A stretch of DNA of 64,000 bases from Nannocystis bainbridge (GCF_028368995.1 NZ_JAQNDL010000001.1:1-64000), one strand, 5' to 3'; shown: positions 30,181-40,292, numbered from the stretch's first letter. Notes: generated from the sequence alone by a model not told the origin. Translations and numbers: made by a program.

Positions 30181-33069
30181 TCAGCGCTCGCTCGGATCGA
30201 GGCCCTGGATCCCCGCCACCATCACCGCGTGCAGCCGCGGCTCGTCGATGTGGGCCGCGATCGCGTCGGCGGTCAGGTCGCGCAGGCGGACGATGTCGAC
30301 CAGCGTCTTGCCCGCCGGCGTGATCGGCGGCAGCACCTGCACCTCGATCGGCACGTGGCGCGGCAGCCATGTCCCGTCATGGAGCGCGTTGCGAGTGCCG
30401 CGCAGCGCGATCGGCACCACCGGCACACCTGTCTCGCAGGCCAGGCGGAACGCCCCGAGCTTGAACGGGCGCAGCCCGGCCTCGCGGCTGAACGTGCCCT
30501 CCGGGAACACCACCACCGGCGAGCCCGACCGCAGCACCTCCGCCACCGCCTCGAGCCCTGCCAGCGCGCGCTCGGCCTGCAGCCGCTCGATCAGCACGTG
30601 GCCCGCCCGCTGGATCAGCGGCCCGAAGGCCCGGTTGTCGCGGCACTCGCCCTTGACCACGAAGCGGATCGTGTCGGGCAGCGCCGCCAGCAGCACGAAC
30701 GGGTCGAGGTAGCTGCAGTGATTAGGCGCCAGCACACATGGCCCTTCGGGCATGTTCTCGAGGCCAGTCACTTGCGGGCGCAGGCCGATGGTCGTCAGCG
30801 TCGCGCGGGCCACGTTGCGCGAGAAGCTGCGCAGCGGCTTGCCCGCCGGGATCAGGCGGCCGGCCGCGGTCGAGGCCGCCAGCATCCCGCCGAACGTGCC
30901 GAGCGCGAAGCTGCCGTACGCGACCTCGCCGGCGCGCCCGGCCAGCGCCTTCGCGCGACGCGGCAGCCCGCGCAGGTAAAGGCCCGCCGCCTGGCGCGCG
31001 AACGATCCGTGACTGCGGCCCAGCTCGCCCGCCAGATACAGCCGACGCGTGTCGCTGCGGCGGATCTTCCCGCTCGAGGTCTTCGGCACCGCGCCCGGCC
31101 CGGTCAGCACCACGCGATCGGGCGGGACGCCCACGGTGCTGGCGATCGCCTCGCCGATCTTCTGCTGCAGCGCCTGCCGGGCCTCGGGGCGCTCCTCCTT
31201 GGTCTCCGCGACCACCACGATCGACTCGGTCCCGCTCGCCTCGTCGCGCACGGCGAACGCGGCCACGCAGCCCTGGCGCACCCCCGGCACCGCGCCCGCG
31301 GCCGCCTCGATCTCGTGCGGGTAGTAGTTGCGGCCGCCCTTGATGATCAGGTCCTTCACGCGGCCCGAGATGAACAGCTCGCCATCCACCAGATAACCGA
31401 GGTCGCCCGAGTCGACCCAACCGTCGGCCAGCTTGACCTTCGCCGTCGCCTCCGGGTTGCGGTAGTAGCCCTTGAACGCCGACGGCCCGCGGAACAGGAT
31501 CCGGCCCTGACGGCGGTCCGGCAGCGGCGCCCCGGCCTCGTCGGCGATCCGCACCTCGTGGCTGGGCACCGCCGCGCCGCAGCCGACGAACTGCAGCACC
31601 TCGCTCTCGGGCGCCTCCCCTGCGGCCGCTCGCGCCTCGCCGCTCCCCTCGAACGTCGCCCGCTCGACCCGATCGACGAAGGGTCCGCGGCCCGGCGGCG
31701 GGAACGTCACCGCGACCATGTTCTCGGCCAGGCCGTAGGCGCAGAACAGCGCCTCGCGGTGGAACCCCGCCGGCGCCAGGTGGGCGGCGAAGCGATCGAG
31801 CGTGCTCGCCAGGATCGGCTCCGAGCCGTTGAGCAGGGCCCGGATCGGCCCCAGCTGCAGCGGCGCGATCGTCTCCGGCGGGACCCGCTTGACGCACAGG
31901 TCGAACGCGAAGTTGGGCGCGCACGAGATCGTGCCCTTGTAGTGCGAGAACGCCTGCAGCCACCGCTCGGGCCGGGCCAGGAACGTCACCGGCGACAGGA
32001 TCACCGTGGCTGTCCCGAAGTACAGGTTCATCAGCCACCCGCCGACCAGCCCCATGTCGTGGTAGAGCGGCAGCCAGCTGATCATCACGTCGCCGGCCCG
32101 CAGCCCGCAGCCCTCGGCCGCCGCGCGGATGTTGGCGAGCACGTTGGCGTGCGTCAGCTCGACGCCCTTGGGGTCGCCGGTGCTGCCCGACGTGTACTGC
32201 AGCAGCGCCGTGTCCTCGCCGCGCAAGTCGGCCGCCACCGCCGTGTCGAGGCTGGCGTCGGCCAGCGCCTCGTCGACGTCGACCACCTGCCCGAGCGCCG
32301 GCACCTGATCGCGCACCAGCTCGGCGACCCGGGCCGCGCGCGCGAACGTGATCAGCACCTCGGCCTCGGCGTTGGCCAGGATCTGCGCCTCGCGCTGGAT
32401 GTACTCGGCGATCCGGTCGAGGCGGAACGGCGGGTACAGCGGCACCGGCACCCCGCCGGCCAGCTGCGCGCCCATGAACGCCGCGAAGTACCCGCGCGAC
32501 GTCGGCAGCATGATCGCCACCTTGGCGCCCGGCTTCAGCCCGCGCCGCCGCAGCGCCGCCGCCACCCGCCCGGCGTCGCGCCGCAGCGCCCCGTACGTGA
32601 TCGCCTCCTCGCGCCCGTCCTCGCGCAGCAGCATGACGTGGACCCGCCCCGGCGTGCGCCCGGCGTGGTACTCGAGCGCCTCGATCAGCGTCTGCGCGGC
32701 GGTCGGCGCCGGCGACGGCGGCTCTGTCGGCAAGGACATGTCCTCGGAGACATGTGCTTTCGGACCTGCGCTCACGGACATGTCCGCAGCGCCATCCCCG
32801 CGCGCCTGCCGGGCCAGCGCCACCAGCTGACGCGGGGTGTCGGCGACGCTGAGCGCCTCCTCCGGGAACACGACCCCGAGGCGGGCCTCGAGCCGGCCGA
32901 GCAGCTCGACGCGCTCGAGGCTGCCGAGGCCGAGCTCGCGCTCGAGCGAGGCGTCGAGGTTGAGGTGGCCGAGGCCGCGTCCGTCGCCGACGGCGGAGAT
33001 GAGCTCGCCGACGACGGCGAGGACCGTGGCCTCCTCGATCGGGCCCGGAGCGGAGGGCGTGCCTGACAT
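30181..33069 (-). CDS. ACP - fatty acyl-AMP ligase - PlsC-type acyltransferase fusion
   Basis: LGLGSLERVEL (ACP), QYTSGSTGDPKG, SWLPLYHDMGL, YGLAE, SGDLG, PKTSSGK; NHCSYLD, FPEGT. Confidence 0.92.
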   Translation of the reverse strand: MSGTPSAPGPIEEATVLAVVGELISAVGDGRGLGHLNLDASLERELGLGSLERVELLGRLEARLGVVFPEEALSVADTPRQLVALARQARGDGAADMSVSAGPKAHVSEDMSLPTEPPSPAPTAAQTLIEALEYHAGRTPGRVHVMLLREDGREEAITYGALRRDAGRVAAALRRRGLKPGAKVAIMLPTSRGYFAAFMGAQLAGGVPVPLYPPFRLDRIAEYIQREAQILANAEAEVLITFARAARVAELVRDQVPALGQVVDVDEALADASLDTAVAADLRGEDTALLQYTSGSTGDPKGVELTHANVLANIRAAAEGCGLRAGDVMISWLPLYHDMGLVGGWLMNLYFGTATVILSPVTFLARPERWLQAFSHYKGTISCAPNFAFDLCVKRVPPETIAPLQLGPIRALLNGSEPILASTLDRFAAHLAPAGFHREALFCAYGLAENMVAVTFPPPGRGPFVDRVERATFEGSGEARAAAGEAPESEVLQFVGCGAAVPSHEVRIADEAGAPLPDRRQGRILFRGPSAFKGYYRNPEATAKVKLADGWVDSGDLGYLVDGELFISGRVKDLIIKGGRNYYPHEIEAAAGAVPGVRQGCVAAFAVRDEASGTESIVVVAETKEERPEARQALQQKIGEAIASTVGVPPDRVVLTGPGAVPKTSSGKIRRSDTRRLYLAGELGRSHGSFARQAAGLYLRGLPRRAKALAGRAGEVAYGSFALGTFGGMLAASTAAGRLIPAGKPLRSFSRNVARATLTTIGLRPQVTGLENMPEGPCVLAPNHCSYLDPFVLLAALPDTIRFVVKGECRDNRAFGPLIQRAGHVLIERLQAERALAGLEAVAEVLRSGSPVVVFPEGTFSREAGLRPFKLGAFRLACETGVPVVPIALRGTRNALHDGTWLPRHVPIEVQVLPPITPAGKTLVDIVRLRDLTADAIAAHIDEPRLHAVMVAGIQGLDPSER

Positions 33070-33148
33070 GCGCGGGACGATACCCGATCCGCGGCGCCCC
33101 GCCGTCACGCCCGCGGCGGGCCCAAGCGCACGCGCGGGCGGCCGCGGC

Positions 33149-34612
33149 TCACTTCAGCTTGAACTCGATGCGCCGGTTCTTGGCCTTGCCGGTCTTGGAG
33201 TTGTTGTCGGCGATCGGCTCGTCGGGGCCAGCGCCGCGGGTCGTGATCCGCGCGGAGTCGATCCCCTTGTCGGTCAGGTACTTCTTGACCGCGTCGGCGC
33301 GCCGCTTCGAAAGGTCGACGTTGTGGTCGCGGTCGCCGGAGCTGTCGGTGTGGCCGCTGATCTCGACCTTCACCGAGGGGAAGTCCTTCAGCACCTTGAC
33401 CGCGTTGTCGAGCGTCGCCTTCGAGGTCTTCTTGATCGAGTCCTTGTCGATGTCGAAGAAGATGCCCTTGATGACGCCGGTGAACTTGGTGACCGCGCGC
33501 GGGATTTCGTCGGCGCAGCCGTCCTCGTCCTGATAGTTGTTGCGGGTCTCGGGCACGGTCGGGCACTTGTCGACGCGGTCGGGGATCCCGTCCTTGTCCT
33601 TGTCGGGCAGCGGGCAGCCGTCGGGCGCGATGCCCTTGTCGTCGGGGCACTTGTCCTTGCTGTCGACGAAGCCGTCGCCGTCGCGGTCCTTCTCCGGGCA
33701 GCCGTCGGGGGCGATGCCCCGCTCCTGCGGGCAGGCGTCGACCGAGTCGAGGAACCCGTCGCCGTCGGCGTCGCCCTCGCCCGGCTCCGGGCAGCCGTCG
33801 GGCGCCACGCCCGGGACCGTCACGCACCTGTCGACCGAGTCCTTGAAGCCGTCGCCGTCGCTGTCCGGATCGTCCCTGGTGACCGGCTGCTTCTTGCGCA
33901 GCACGAACGACAGCCCGAGCAGCACCTCGATGTGGTGCGTGCGGCCGCCGTCGATCCCGTACTGCGCGGACGCGTTGTCGCGGACATCGAGGCGCAGCGC
34001 CAGGTAGTTGTTGATGTAGAACTTCACGCCGCCGCCGAAGTGGATCGCCGGGTCGACGTCGCCCCCGAGCGCCGACGTGCCGAGCAGCCCGGGCCCGATC
34101 AGCACGAACGGCGAGATCCGGTACGGCAGCTGGGCCAGCACGTACCCACGGAACCCGCCGAGCACCGCGCCCTTGCCGTCGTTCTCGGTCTTCGTCGGCA
34201 TGATCGCGCCCTCGAGCTCGAGCCCGAGGAACGACAGCGGATAGAAGCCCGCCCGCAGGCCGATGTCCGGCGCGACCTTCTTGTACGGCTGCCAGTTGAT
34301 CGGGTCGCCCGGCTGCGGCGGCAGGTACAGCTCGTGATCGCGGGCCGGGAACATCAGGCCGGCGAAGATCCCGAACTCGCCCGACATCGCCGTCGGTCGG
34401 TAGCGCTTGATCCACGGCACCCCGCTGCGATCCTTCGCCTTCTTCGCCCGCTTCGGCTTCCCGCCCGCCGCGTCGCCCGAGGCCTCGGCGCCGGCTGGCG
34501 ACAGCGACACCGAGCCGCCCGCCTGCGGCCCCTCGGGTTCCTGCGCCGCCGCCGACAGCGACAGCGACGATACGACCACAGCAGCGGCGACGGGGAGCAA
34601 GAACTTGGACAT
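33149..34612 (-). CDS. OmpA family protein: N-terminal beta-barrel, thrombospondin type-3 repeats, peptidoglycan-binding domain
   Basis: Signal peptide; DxDxDG..D..D.CP repeats; ISGHTD, LSKRRA, NRRIEF. Confidence 0.93.
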   Translation of the reverse strand: MSKFLLPVAAAVVVSSLSLSAAAQEPEGPQAGGSVSLSPAGAEASGDAAGGKPKRAKKAKDRSGVPWIKRYRPTAMSGEFGIFAGLMFPARDHELYLPPQPGDPINWQPYKKVAPDIGLRAGFYPLSFLGLELEGAIMPTKTENDGKGAVLGGFRGYVLAQLPYRISPFVLIGPGLLGTSALGGDVDPAIHFGGGVKFYINNYLALRLDVRDNASAQYGIDGGRTHHIEVLLGLSFVLRKKQPVTRDDPDSDGDGFKDSVDRCVTVPGVAPDGCPEPGEGDADGDGFLDSVDACPQERGIAPDGCPEKDRDGDGFVDSKDKCPDDKGIAPDGCPLPDKDKDGIPDRVDKCPTVPETRNNYQDEDGCADEIPRAVTKFTGVIKGIFFDIDKDSIKKTSKATLDNAVKVLKDFPSVKVEISGHTDSSGDRDHNVDLSKRRADAVKKYLTDKGIDSARITTRGAGPDEPIADNNSKTGKAKNRRIEFKLK

Positions 34613-34817
34613 GGCGACCTCGTGGGGGGAGGCGCCGCGCCGGCGGTGCGCGGCAAAATCCCTTGTACATGCGTCCGTCCACGTTGCCTAGGTCGCGCCA
34701 GCCCCCCGTGCGACCGCGAAGCGCCAGGCGACGCCCGACCCGCCTGGTCATGAGGACAGGTGAGGACGGCCGCTCCGGGGCGCGCGCCCGCGCTCCTGTG
34801 GTACGGTCCCGCGCGCC

Positions 34818-35174
34818 ATGACGGCCGTCCTCTTCGCCCATCCTCGCTGCGACACCTGCCGCAACGCGCGGCGCTGGCTCGACGCCCACCACGTCGCCTA
34901 CGACGTCGTCGACCTCACCGTCCGCGCGCCGACCCTCGCCGAGCTGCGCGCGATCCAGCAGAACTCCGGTCAGCCCGCGCGCAAGCTGTTCAACACCTCC
35001 GGTCAGTCCTACCGGAACGGCGGCTTCGCCGACAAGCTCAAGGCCATGGACGACGACGCCATGCTCGCCGCCCTCGCGGCCGACGGTCTGCTCGTCAAGC
35101 GCCCGATCTTCACGCGCGGCGACCTGGCTCTGGTCGGCTTCGCTGCGGACGCCTACGCGCGCGCGCTCGCCTGA
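34818..35174 (+). CDS. Spx/MgsR/ArsC (YffB-like) family protein
   Basis: CDTCRNARRWL, LFNTSGQSYR, LLVKRPI. Confidence 0.92.
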   Translation: MTAVLFAHPRCDTCRNARRWLDAHHVAYDVVDLTVRAPTLAELRAIQQNSGQPARKLFNTSGQSYRNGGFADKLKAMDDDAMLAALAADGLLVKRPIFTRGDLALVGFAADAYARALA

Positions 35175-35271
35175 CCCGCCTGTAAGCCGCCGCGAGAGGC
35201 GGTCGTTGGGGGACCACCGGCACGCACCGCGACCCTTTCGGTCGCGACGCCGCGGCCCACAGGTTTTTGCC

Positions 35272-35865
35272 ATGACCGCCCTCGCCTATCCTCGCCCCGT
35301 CCGCCTGCCGGCCTCCGTCAAGCTGGCCCTCCTCGCCCTCCTCGCCGCCCTCGCCGTGATCACGCCCCGGCCCGCGCGCGCCAGTGAGGGCGAGGTCGCT
35401 ACCGACTTCAAGCGCGGTGTGTTCGCCGAGTTCGCTTGGCGCCCGGCTCTCGTGCCGCTGCGCAACGACGCCATGCCGGCCGCGCGCACCCACATGACCT
35501 TCGGCGCCCGCCTGTCGCCCGCGGTCGCGCTCGGCACCATGGCCCACGTGACGATCTACTTCGACAAGGATCAGAAGGTCGGCGCCGGCCTCGACGCGAT
35601 GCTGCAGGTCAACGTCACCCGCGGCTTCTACCTCCGCACCGGCGTCGGCGCGATCAGCCACATCCCGGTCGCCCGCGAGCTCACCGCGCGCACCCCCGGC
35701 TACGGCGGTCAGGTCGGCCTCGGTTACGCCTTCCGCCTCTCAAAGGACAAGGGCAAGGGCCCCGGCGTCGCGCTGGCGCTCGGCGCCGACTACGACCTCC
35801 GGATCCTCGCCGACAGGAGCCGCCGCGGCATCTTCGTCCTCGGCCTCTCGTTCATGTTCGGCTGA
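35272..35865 (+). CDS. Exported protein, probable small outer-membrane beta-barrel
   Basis: Signal peptide ending ARA; alternating beta-strands; ends LGLSFMFG. Confidence 0.75.
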   Translation: MTALAYPRPVRLPASVKLALLALLAALAVITPRPARASEGEVATDFKRGVFAEFAWRPALVPLRNDAMPAARTHMTFGARLSPAVALGTMAHVTIYFDKDQKVGAGLDAMLQVNVTRGFYLRTGVGAISHIPVARELTARTPGYGGQVGLGYAFRLSKDKGKGPGVALALGADYDLRILADRSRRGIFVLGLSFMFG

Positions 35866-35870
35866 AGTTC

Positions 35871-35908
35871 GCAGGTGTCCGTTCGGACATGTCCGAACGA
35901 ACACCTCG
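35871..35908. repeat. 14-bp-period motif, 3 units
   Basis: GCAGGTGTCC GTTC GGACATGTCC GAAC GAACACCT. Confidence 0.75.
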
Positions 35909-35910
35909 GC

Positions 35911-36525
35911 TCAGATCTGGTTCTCGAGCACGCACTCGCCCGCGACGCAGCGGGCCACCTTGGCCGTGCACTGGTCGATCGCCACGCACGGCACCTCGTC
36001 GGGTGGCACCGGGCACTGGGCCAGGCGGTCGATGCAGTCGCGGGCGATCGCCAGCTCGCGCCCGCCGAGGCTGCACGGGCAGCAGCCGCCGACCACCTTC
36101 GTGCAGTCGACGTCGTCGACGCACGCGCAGCGCGGCTCCTGCTGGCACTGACACACCTCGCAGCCGCGCTCGTCGGTCTCGAACCCGAACGGACACAGCA
36201 GCTTGCAAAGGACCGGCTGGCAGCGCGACGCCGCGTCGACGCAGACCCCGCCGCCGCAGTCGAGGCTGCAGGTCGTCGCCCCTGTCTGCGGATCGCAGCT
36301 GCACAGCGACGGCACGCACTGCGGGCCCTTCTGACACACCTGTCCCTCCGGACACCCCGCCTGCACGCAGCCCGGCTGCGTGAAGCCCTCGCACGGATCG
36401 CCGGGAGCGTCCGTCTCCGCGACCGCGGGCACCACCTCCGCCGCCTGCATCGTCACGCCCAGGGGCACGATGTCGCACGCCAGCGCCGCCGCCGACAGGA
36501 CCACCGACAATGGCAAAGCTCGCAT
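35911..36525 (-). CDS. Cys-rich lipoprotein with antistasin-like module
   Basis: MRALPLSVVLSAAALAC lipobox; CKLLCPFGFETDERGCEVCQC. Confidence 0.85.
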   Translation of the reverse strand: MRALPLSVVLSAAALACDIVPLGVTMQAAEVVPAVAETDAPGDPCEGFTQPGCVQAGCPEGQVCQKGPQCVPSLCSCDPQTGATTCSLDCGGGVCVDAASRCQPVLCKLLCPFGFETDERGCEVCQCQQEPRCACVDDVDCTKVVGGCCPCSLGGRELAIARDCIDRLAQCPVPPDEVPCVAIDQCTAKVARCVAGECVLENQI

Positions 36526-36699
36526 GATCGGACTCCTCGCCCCGCAGCGTGGTCCGGCCCCTCGCCCCCGCAAGCCCGCGAGCCGCCCGCCGCCCGCCGC
36601 CGCGGTGCCGCCCACGCGCCTCCGCTCGGGCTGCTGCTCGCTCGCGGCGCCGCGGCTCCGGCGGCCCGCCCGCTCCGGCGGCCGCGTCTGCTGCCTCAG

Positions 36700-36751
36700 G
36701 GACATGTCGTCGAGAACATGACCCCCAGGACATGCCCATCTCGACATGTCC
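36700..36751. repeat. 14-bp-period palindromic array, 4 units
   Basis: GGACATGTCG TCGA GAACATGACC CCCA GGACATGCCC ATCT CGACATGTCC. Confidence 0.85.
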
Positions 36752-36826
36752 TCGGATCAGGCCCTCGAAGCCATCACGGGAGGCGCGACGCGCGGCGGGG
36801 AGCCGCCGCGGCCCCGCCCGCGCCGC

Positions 36827-37699
36827 TCACTGCAGCACGCACTGCCCCTGCACGCACGCCGCCTTCGCGTCGGTGCACAGGTAGACCGCCGGGCACGCCA
36901 CCTGGTCGGGCGGCAGCGGGCACGGCTCGAGCTGATCGGCGCAGGCCGCGGCGACCGCCACCTCGCCTCCGCCCATGTTGCACGAGCAGCAGCCCGGGCT
37001 CGCCTTGACGCAGTCGGCGTCGACCTGGCAGCCGCACGCCGGCGGCTCGTTGCACGCGCAGACCTCACAGCCCTGCTCGTCCTGCTTGAACCCGAACTCG
37101 CAGAACAGGTTGCACACGACGGGGTTGCACACTGCCCCCTCGACGCACGTACCGCCGCCGCAATCGGGGGTGCACACGATCTGCTGCGACGCCTCGTCGC
37201 ACAGGCAGGCCGACGGCACGCACTCGATCTCGAAGTTGCACATCTGGCCGTCGGGACAGCCCTTGTCGAGGCAGCCCGGCGGCTCGAAGCCGTCGCAGAC
37301 GTTGCCGCCGGTGCTGGTCTCGCCGGTGGTCGTCGTCTCCCCGGTCGTCGTCGTCGTCTCCCCGGTCGTCGTCGTCGTCTCGCCGGTCGTGCCCGTCGTC
37401 GTCGTCTCGCCCGTGGTCGTGGTCGTCGTGCTCGTGGTCTCGCCGCCGGTCTGCGGACCGCTGGTCGAGGTGCTCTCGGTCTCGCCGCCGGTGGCCCCGC
37501 CCTCGGTCGGTCCGCCGGTCCCGGTGGTCGCCGCGCTACCCGAACCGGTGTCGGCGGTCGCCTCGCTGCTCGCGGTGCTCTCGCCGGTCTCGCCGGCCTC
37601 GGTGCTCCCGCCGGACTGGCCACACCCCATCACCAGCGCCAGCGCGGCCCCACTCGCTGCGCGCGCCCATGCTTGCTGCATCGTCATCATCATCGTCAT
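36827..37699 (-). CDS. Cys-rich lipoprotein with Thr-rich linker and antistasin-like module (paralog of 35911..36525)
   Basis: LVMGC lipobox; GETTTTT repeats; CNLFCEFGFKQDEQGCEVCAC; same Cys spacing as the neighbour. Confidence 0.87.
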   Translation of the reverse strand: MTMMMTMQQAWARAASGAALALVMGCGQSGGSTEAGETGESTASSEATADTGSGSAATTGTGGPTEGGATGGETESTSTSGPQTGGETTSTTTTTTGETTTTGTTGETTTTTGETTTTTGETTTTGETSTGGNVCDGFEPPGCLDKGCPDGQMCNFEIECVPSACLCDEASQQIVCTPDCGGGTCVEGAVCNPVVCNLFCEFGFKQDEQGCEVCACNEPPACGCQVDADCVKASPGCCSCNMGGGEVAVAAACADQLEPCPLPPDQVACPAVYLCTDAKAACVQGQCVLQ

Positions 37700-37823
37700 C
37701 GCTAACTAAGCTCCTTCGTCGCGGGCATAGCCGACCCTCGCGGGCCCGACAAGCGACGCAGGACGCCGCTCGCCGCCTCGCGCTGGCCTTTGCAGCCACG
37801 CGCCGCGCTTCCCCCTTTTTAAA

Positions 37824-38846
37824 TTAAACCCGCACCACGGCGCAGGGCGGCGGCGCGCCCGGCAGTTGCAGGCAATAGGCAACGAAAGCCGCGAATACCG
37901 GACGCGGCGGCCCCTCGGTCGGCAGCGCGTGAAGGTGCAGCGCCGGCACCACGTTGACCTCGAGCAGCAGCGCTGCGCCCGCGCTCGCGGCCGTCGGCTG
38001 CGTGAACGCGGCCATCGGCCCGCGCAGGTCGACCCCGCCGACATCGACCCCCAGCAGATCGCACGCCGACGCCGCGACCGCCAGCCACTCCGGATGCACG
38101 ACCTCGGTCCGATCGATCACCTCGAGCTCCTCGCCCGTGATCTCGACCTCGCGCTCGCCCGGGATCGCCGCCTCGAGATCGAGCCCATAGACCTCGAGGT
38201 GCCCCTCGAGATCTTCCTCCGCCTCGATCTGGTCCATCGAGCGCAGGCTCGGCGCCGTCCACGTCCCGCGCCGCGGGTCGCGGTTCAGCGCCGCCACCTG
38301 CGCCTCGGCGCTGCGGCCGGTCGCGAGCTTCGGCCGCACCACCTCGACCGCCGCGCTCGCTCGCCCGCCGATCACCGCCACCCGCAGGTTGGTGCCGGCG
38401 ATGAACGGCTCGACCAGCACCTCCTCGTCGAGGTCGATCGCGCGGGCCCGGTCGCGCGCGCGGATCAGCGTCGCCAGGTCGCGCACGTCGGTCGCCACCC
38501 CGACCCCGCGGTTGCCCCAATTCGGCTTGACCACCAGCCGCCCGTGACGCGCCAGCAGCTCCCGGACCGCCGGCCCGTGGATGTCGCCGGCCTCGTCGAC
38601 CAGCACCCCCGCGGCGCACGGCAGCCCGCGCGCCCGCAGCAGCTCGCGGCTCAGGTGCTTGTTGTTGGCCAGCCCCTGGGCCACCTGTGTCAGGAACGGC
38701 GAGCGGGTCTTGCTGACGACCGCCGTCCGCTCGCCGTGCGTCAGGCGCATGAAGTAGTCGGTGTGCTCGCGCCCGAGCGGCTCGGCGCGGGCCCCGAGCT
38801 CCGCCGCGGCCGCCGCGATCAGCTGGTTCGTCCGGCTCCAGACCAT
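37824..38846 (-). CDS. ATP-grasp ligase (cyanophycin synthetase N-terminal / GshF-like)
   Basis: NKHLSRELL..GLP, LVVKPNWGNRGVGV, VLVEPFIAG..LRVAVIGG, GGVDL, LEVN..P. Confidence 0.85.
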   Translation of the reverse strand: MVWSRTNQLIAAAAAELGARAEPLGREHTDYFMRLTHGERTAVVSKTRSPFLTQVAQGLANNKHLSRELLRARGLPCAAGVLVDEAGDIHGPAVRELLARHGRLVVKPNWGNRGVGVATDVRDLATLIRARDRARAIDLDEEVLVEPFIAGTNLRVAVIGGRASAAVEVVRPKLATGRSAEAQVAALNRDPRRGTWTAPSLRSMDQIEAEEDLEGHLEVYGLDLEAAIPGEREVEITGEELEVIDRTEVVHPEWLAVAASACDLLGVDVGGVDLRGPMAAFTQPTAASAGAALLLEVNVVPALHLHALPTEGPPRPVFAAFVAYCLQLPGAPPPCAVVRV

Positions 38847-38848
38847 AC

Positions 38849-38914
38849 GGACATGTCCCTTCAGACCTGGCCTAATCGCCCTGTCCCTTGGAGCCTGTCG
38901 TATAGGACAGCAGC
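38849..38914. repeat. 14-bp-period array spanning the SpeE C-terminus and intergenic gap
   Basis: GGACATGTCC CTTC AGACCTGGCC TAAT CGCCCTGTCC CTTG GAGCCTGTCG TATA GGACAG. Confidence 0.8.
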
Positions 38915-39792
38915 GGCCCCTCGCCGGTGATCACCTCGCCCGGCTGCTCGATGCGGCGGCGCAGGATCGGCGGCAGCTCCATCGCCGCGCGGTGGCTGGT
39001 CGGCGTGTACCACTGCAGCTCGCCGAGCGCGGCGATCCGGGCCGCCAGGTCGGGCGGCTCGGCCTCGAGCGGCCGGCGCGACATCAGCGCGAAGCCCCAC
39101 AGGCAGTGGAACGACGGCACGAAGCCGTGGGCGAAGCGGACGTGGGGGAACACCGCCTGCAGCGTGCTGCGGACCGTGCGGGCCAGCTTGAGGTCGAGCG
39201 GGTCGAGCTCGCCGGCCTGCAGCACGCACACCCCGTCGTCGGCCAGCGCGCGCAGGACCAGGGCGAAGAACTGGGTCGAGAACAGCGCCGCCGACGGCCC
39301 CTCGTCGGTCGGATCGGTGACGTCGAGGACGATGACGTCGAAGCTGCCCGGCGCGGCCTGGCGCAGCGTGTCGAAGATGTCCTCGGTGCGCAGCTCGACC
39401 CGCGGATCGTCGAGGCTGCCGGCGTGCCAGCTCGGCAGGTGCTCCTTGCACAGCGCCACCACCTCCGCGTCGAGGTCGACCGACACGATCGACTCGACCG
39501 AGCGGTGGCGCAGGATCTCGCGCAGCGCCGCGCCCTCGCCGGTGCCGCCGACCAGCACCCGCCGCGGCCCGCCGTGCAGCACCAGCGCCGGGTGGATCAG
39601 CGCCTCGTGGTAGAGCGCCTCGTCGGCCTCGGCCGACTGGACCAGCCCGTCGAGGAACAGGATCCGCCCGTACGCGCTCGTGTCGGCGACGATGGCCTCC
39701 TGGTACTGCGTCTGCACGTGCGCCACCAGGCGCTCGACGCTGTAGAGGATCGACACGCCCTCGATCTCGGGCTCTTGCAGCACCAGGTGCAT
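38872..39792 (-). CDS. speE: Polyamine aminopropyltransferase (spermidine synthase family)
   Basis: YGRILFLDGLVQS, YHEALIHP, VLVGGTGEG, VDLD, FDVIVLDVTDP; ATG 39792. Confidence 0.88.
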   Translation of the reverse strand: MHLVLQEPEIEGVSILYSVERLVAHVQTQYQEAIVADTSAYGRILFLDGLVQSAEADEALYHEALIHPALVLHGGPRRVLVGGTGEGAALREILRHRSVESIVSVDLDAEVVALCKEHLPSWHAGSLDDPRVELRTEDIFDTLRQAAPGSFDVIVLDVTDPTDEGPSAALFSTQFFALVLRALADDGVCVLQAGELDPLDLKLARTVRSTLQAVFPHVRFAHGFVPSFHCLWGFALMSRRPLEAEPPDLAARIAALGELQWYTPTSHRAAMELPPILRRRIEQPGEVITGEGPLLSYTTGSKGQGD

Positions 39793-39809
39793 CGCGTCTG
39801 TCCTTTCGC

Positions 39810-40292
39810 TCAGCCGCGCGGGCGGCGGCGGCTGACGATCATACCCAGACCGGTGGCGACCAGGCCGAGCATCCCGAGGCCCGCGGCCAGCGCGATCGCC
39901 TGCCCCGGCAGACCGATGATCTCGCCGGTGTGCAGCTTGAACAGCAGCCGCGTCAGCCCGCCCGCGGTGCGCCGGCGCTCGATCAGGGCCCCGTCGCCGG
40001 CGAAGTACAGCACCGTCTCCGCGTCGTCGTCGACCCAGAACACCCACGGGTCGTCGGGCTCGGTGGCCAGGGCGATGTCGGTGATCGCCTCGTCGCCGGC
40101 CTCGCGCTGGGCGCGCGCGAGCAGCTCCATCAATGGCAGCGGCTGCTCGACCACCGGCGCGCTCGGGGCCGGCGTCTTCATGCAGCCGCGGAACACCAGG
40201 ATCGCCCCCGTCAACGCGATCACCGCGAACACCGCCGACAGCGTCGCGCCGACCGCCTGGTGCCACTTGAAGAGGCTGCGTCGCATGCTCAT
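39810..40292 (-). CDS. PepSY-associated TM helix protein
   Basis: FKWHQAVG...ALTGAIL; LFKLHTGEIIG...TGL. Confidence 0.88.
   Translation of the reverse strand: MSMRRSLFKWHQAVGATLSAVFAVIALTGAILVFRGCMKTPAPSAPVVEQPLPLMELLARAQREAGDEAITDIALATEPDDPWVFWVDDDAETVLYFAGDGALIERRRTAGGLTRLLFKLHTGEIIGLPGQAIALAAGLGMLGLVATGLGMIVSRRRPRG

Noticed and set aside
33530-33870. DxDxDG repeats in OmpA as a novelty
   Set aside because: Thrombospondin type-3 repeats in OmpA-family proteins are well known.
37824-38846. Cyanophycin synthetase CphA
   Set aside because: Only about 340 aa, ATP-grasp part only; no Mur-ligase domain and no cyanophycinase nearby.
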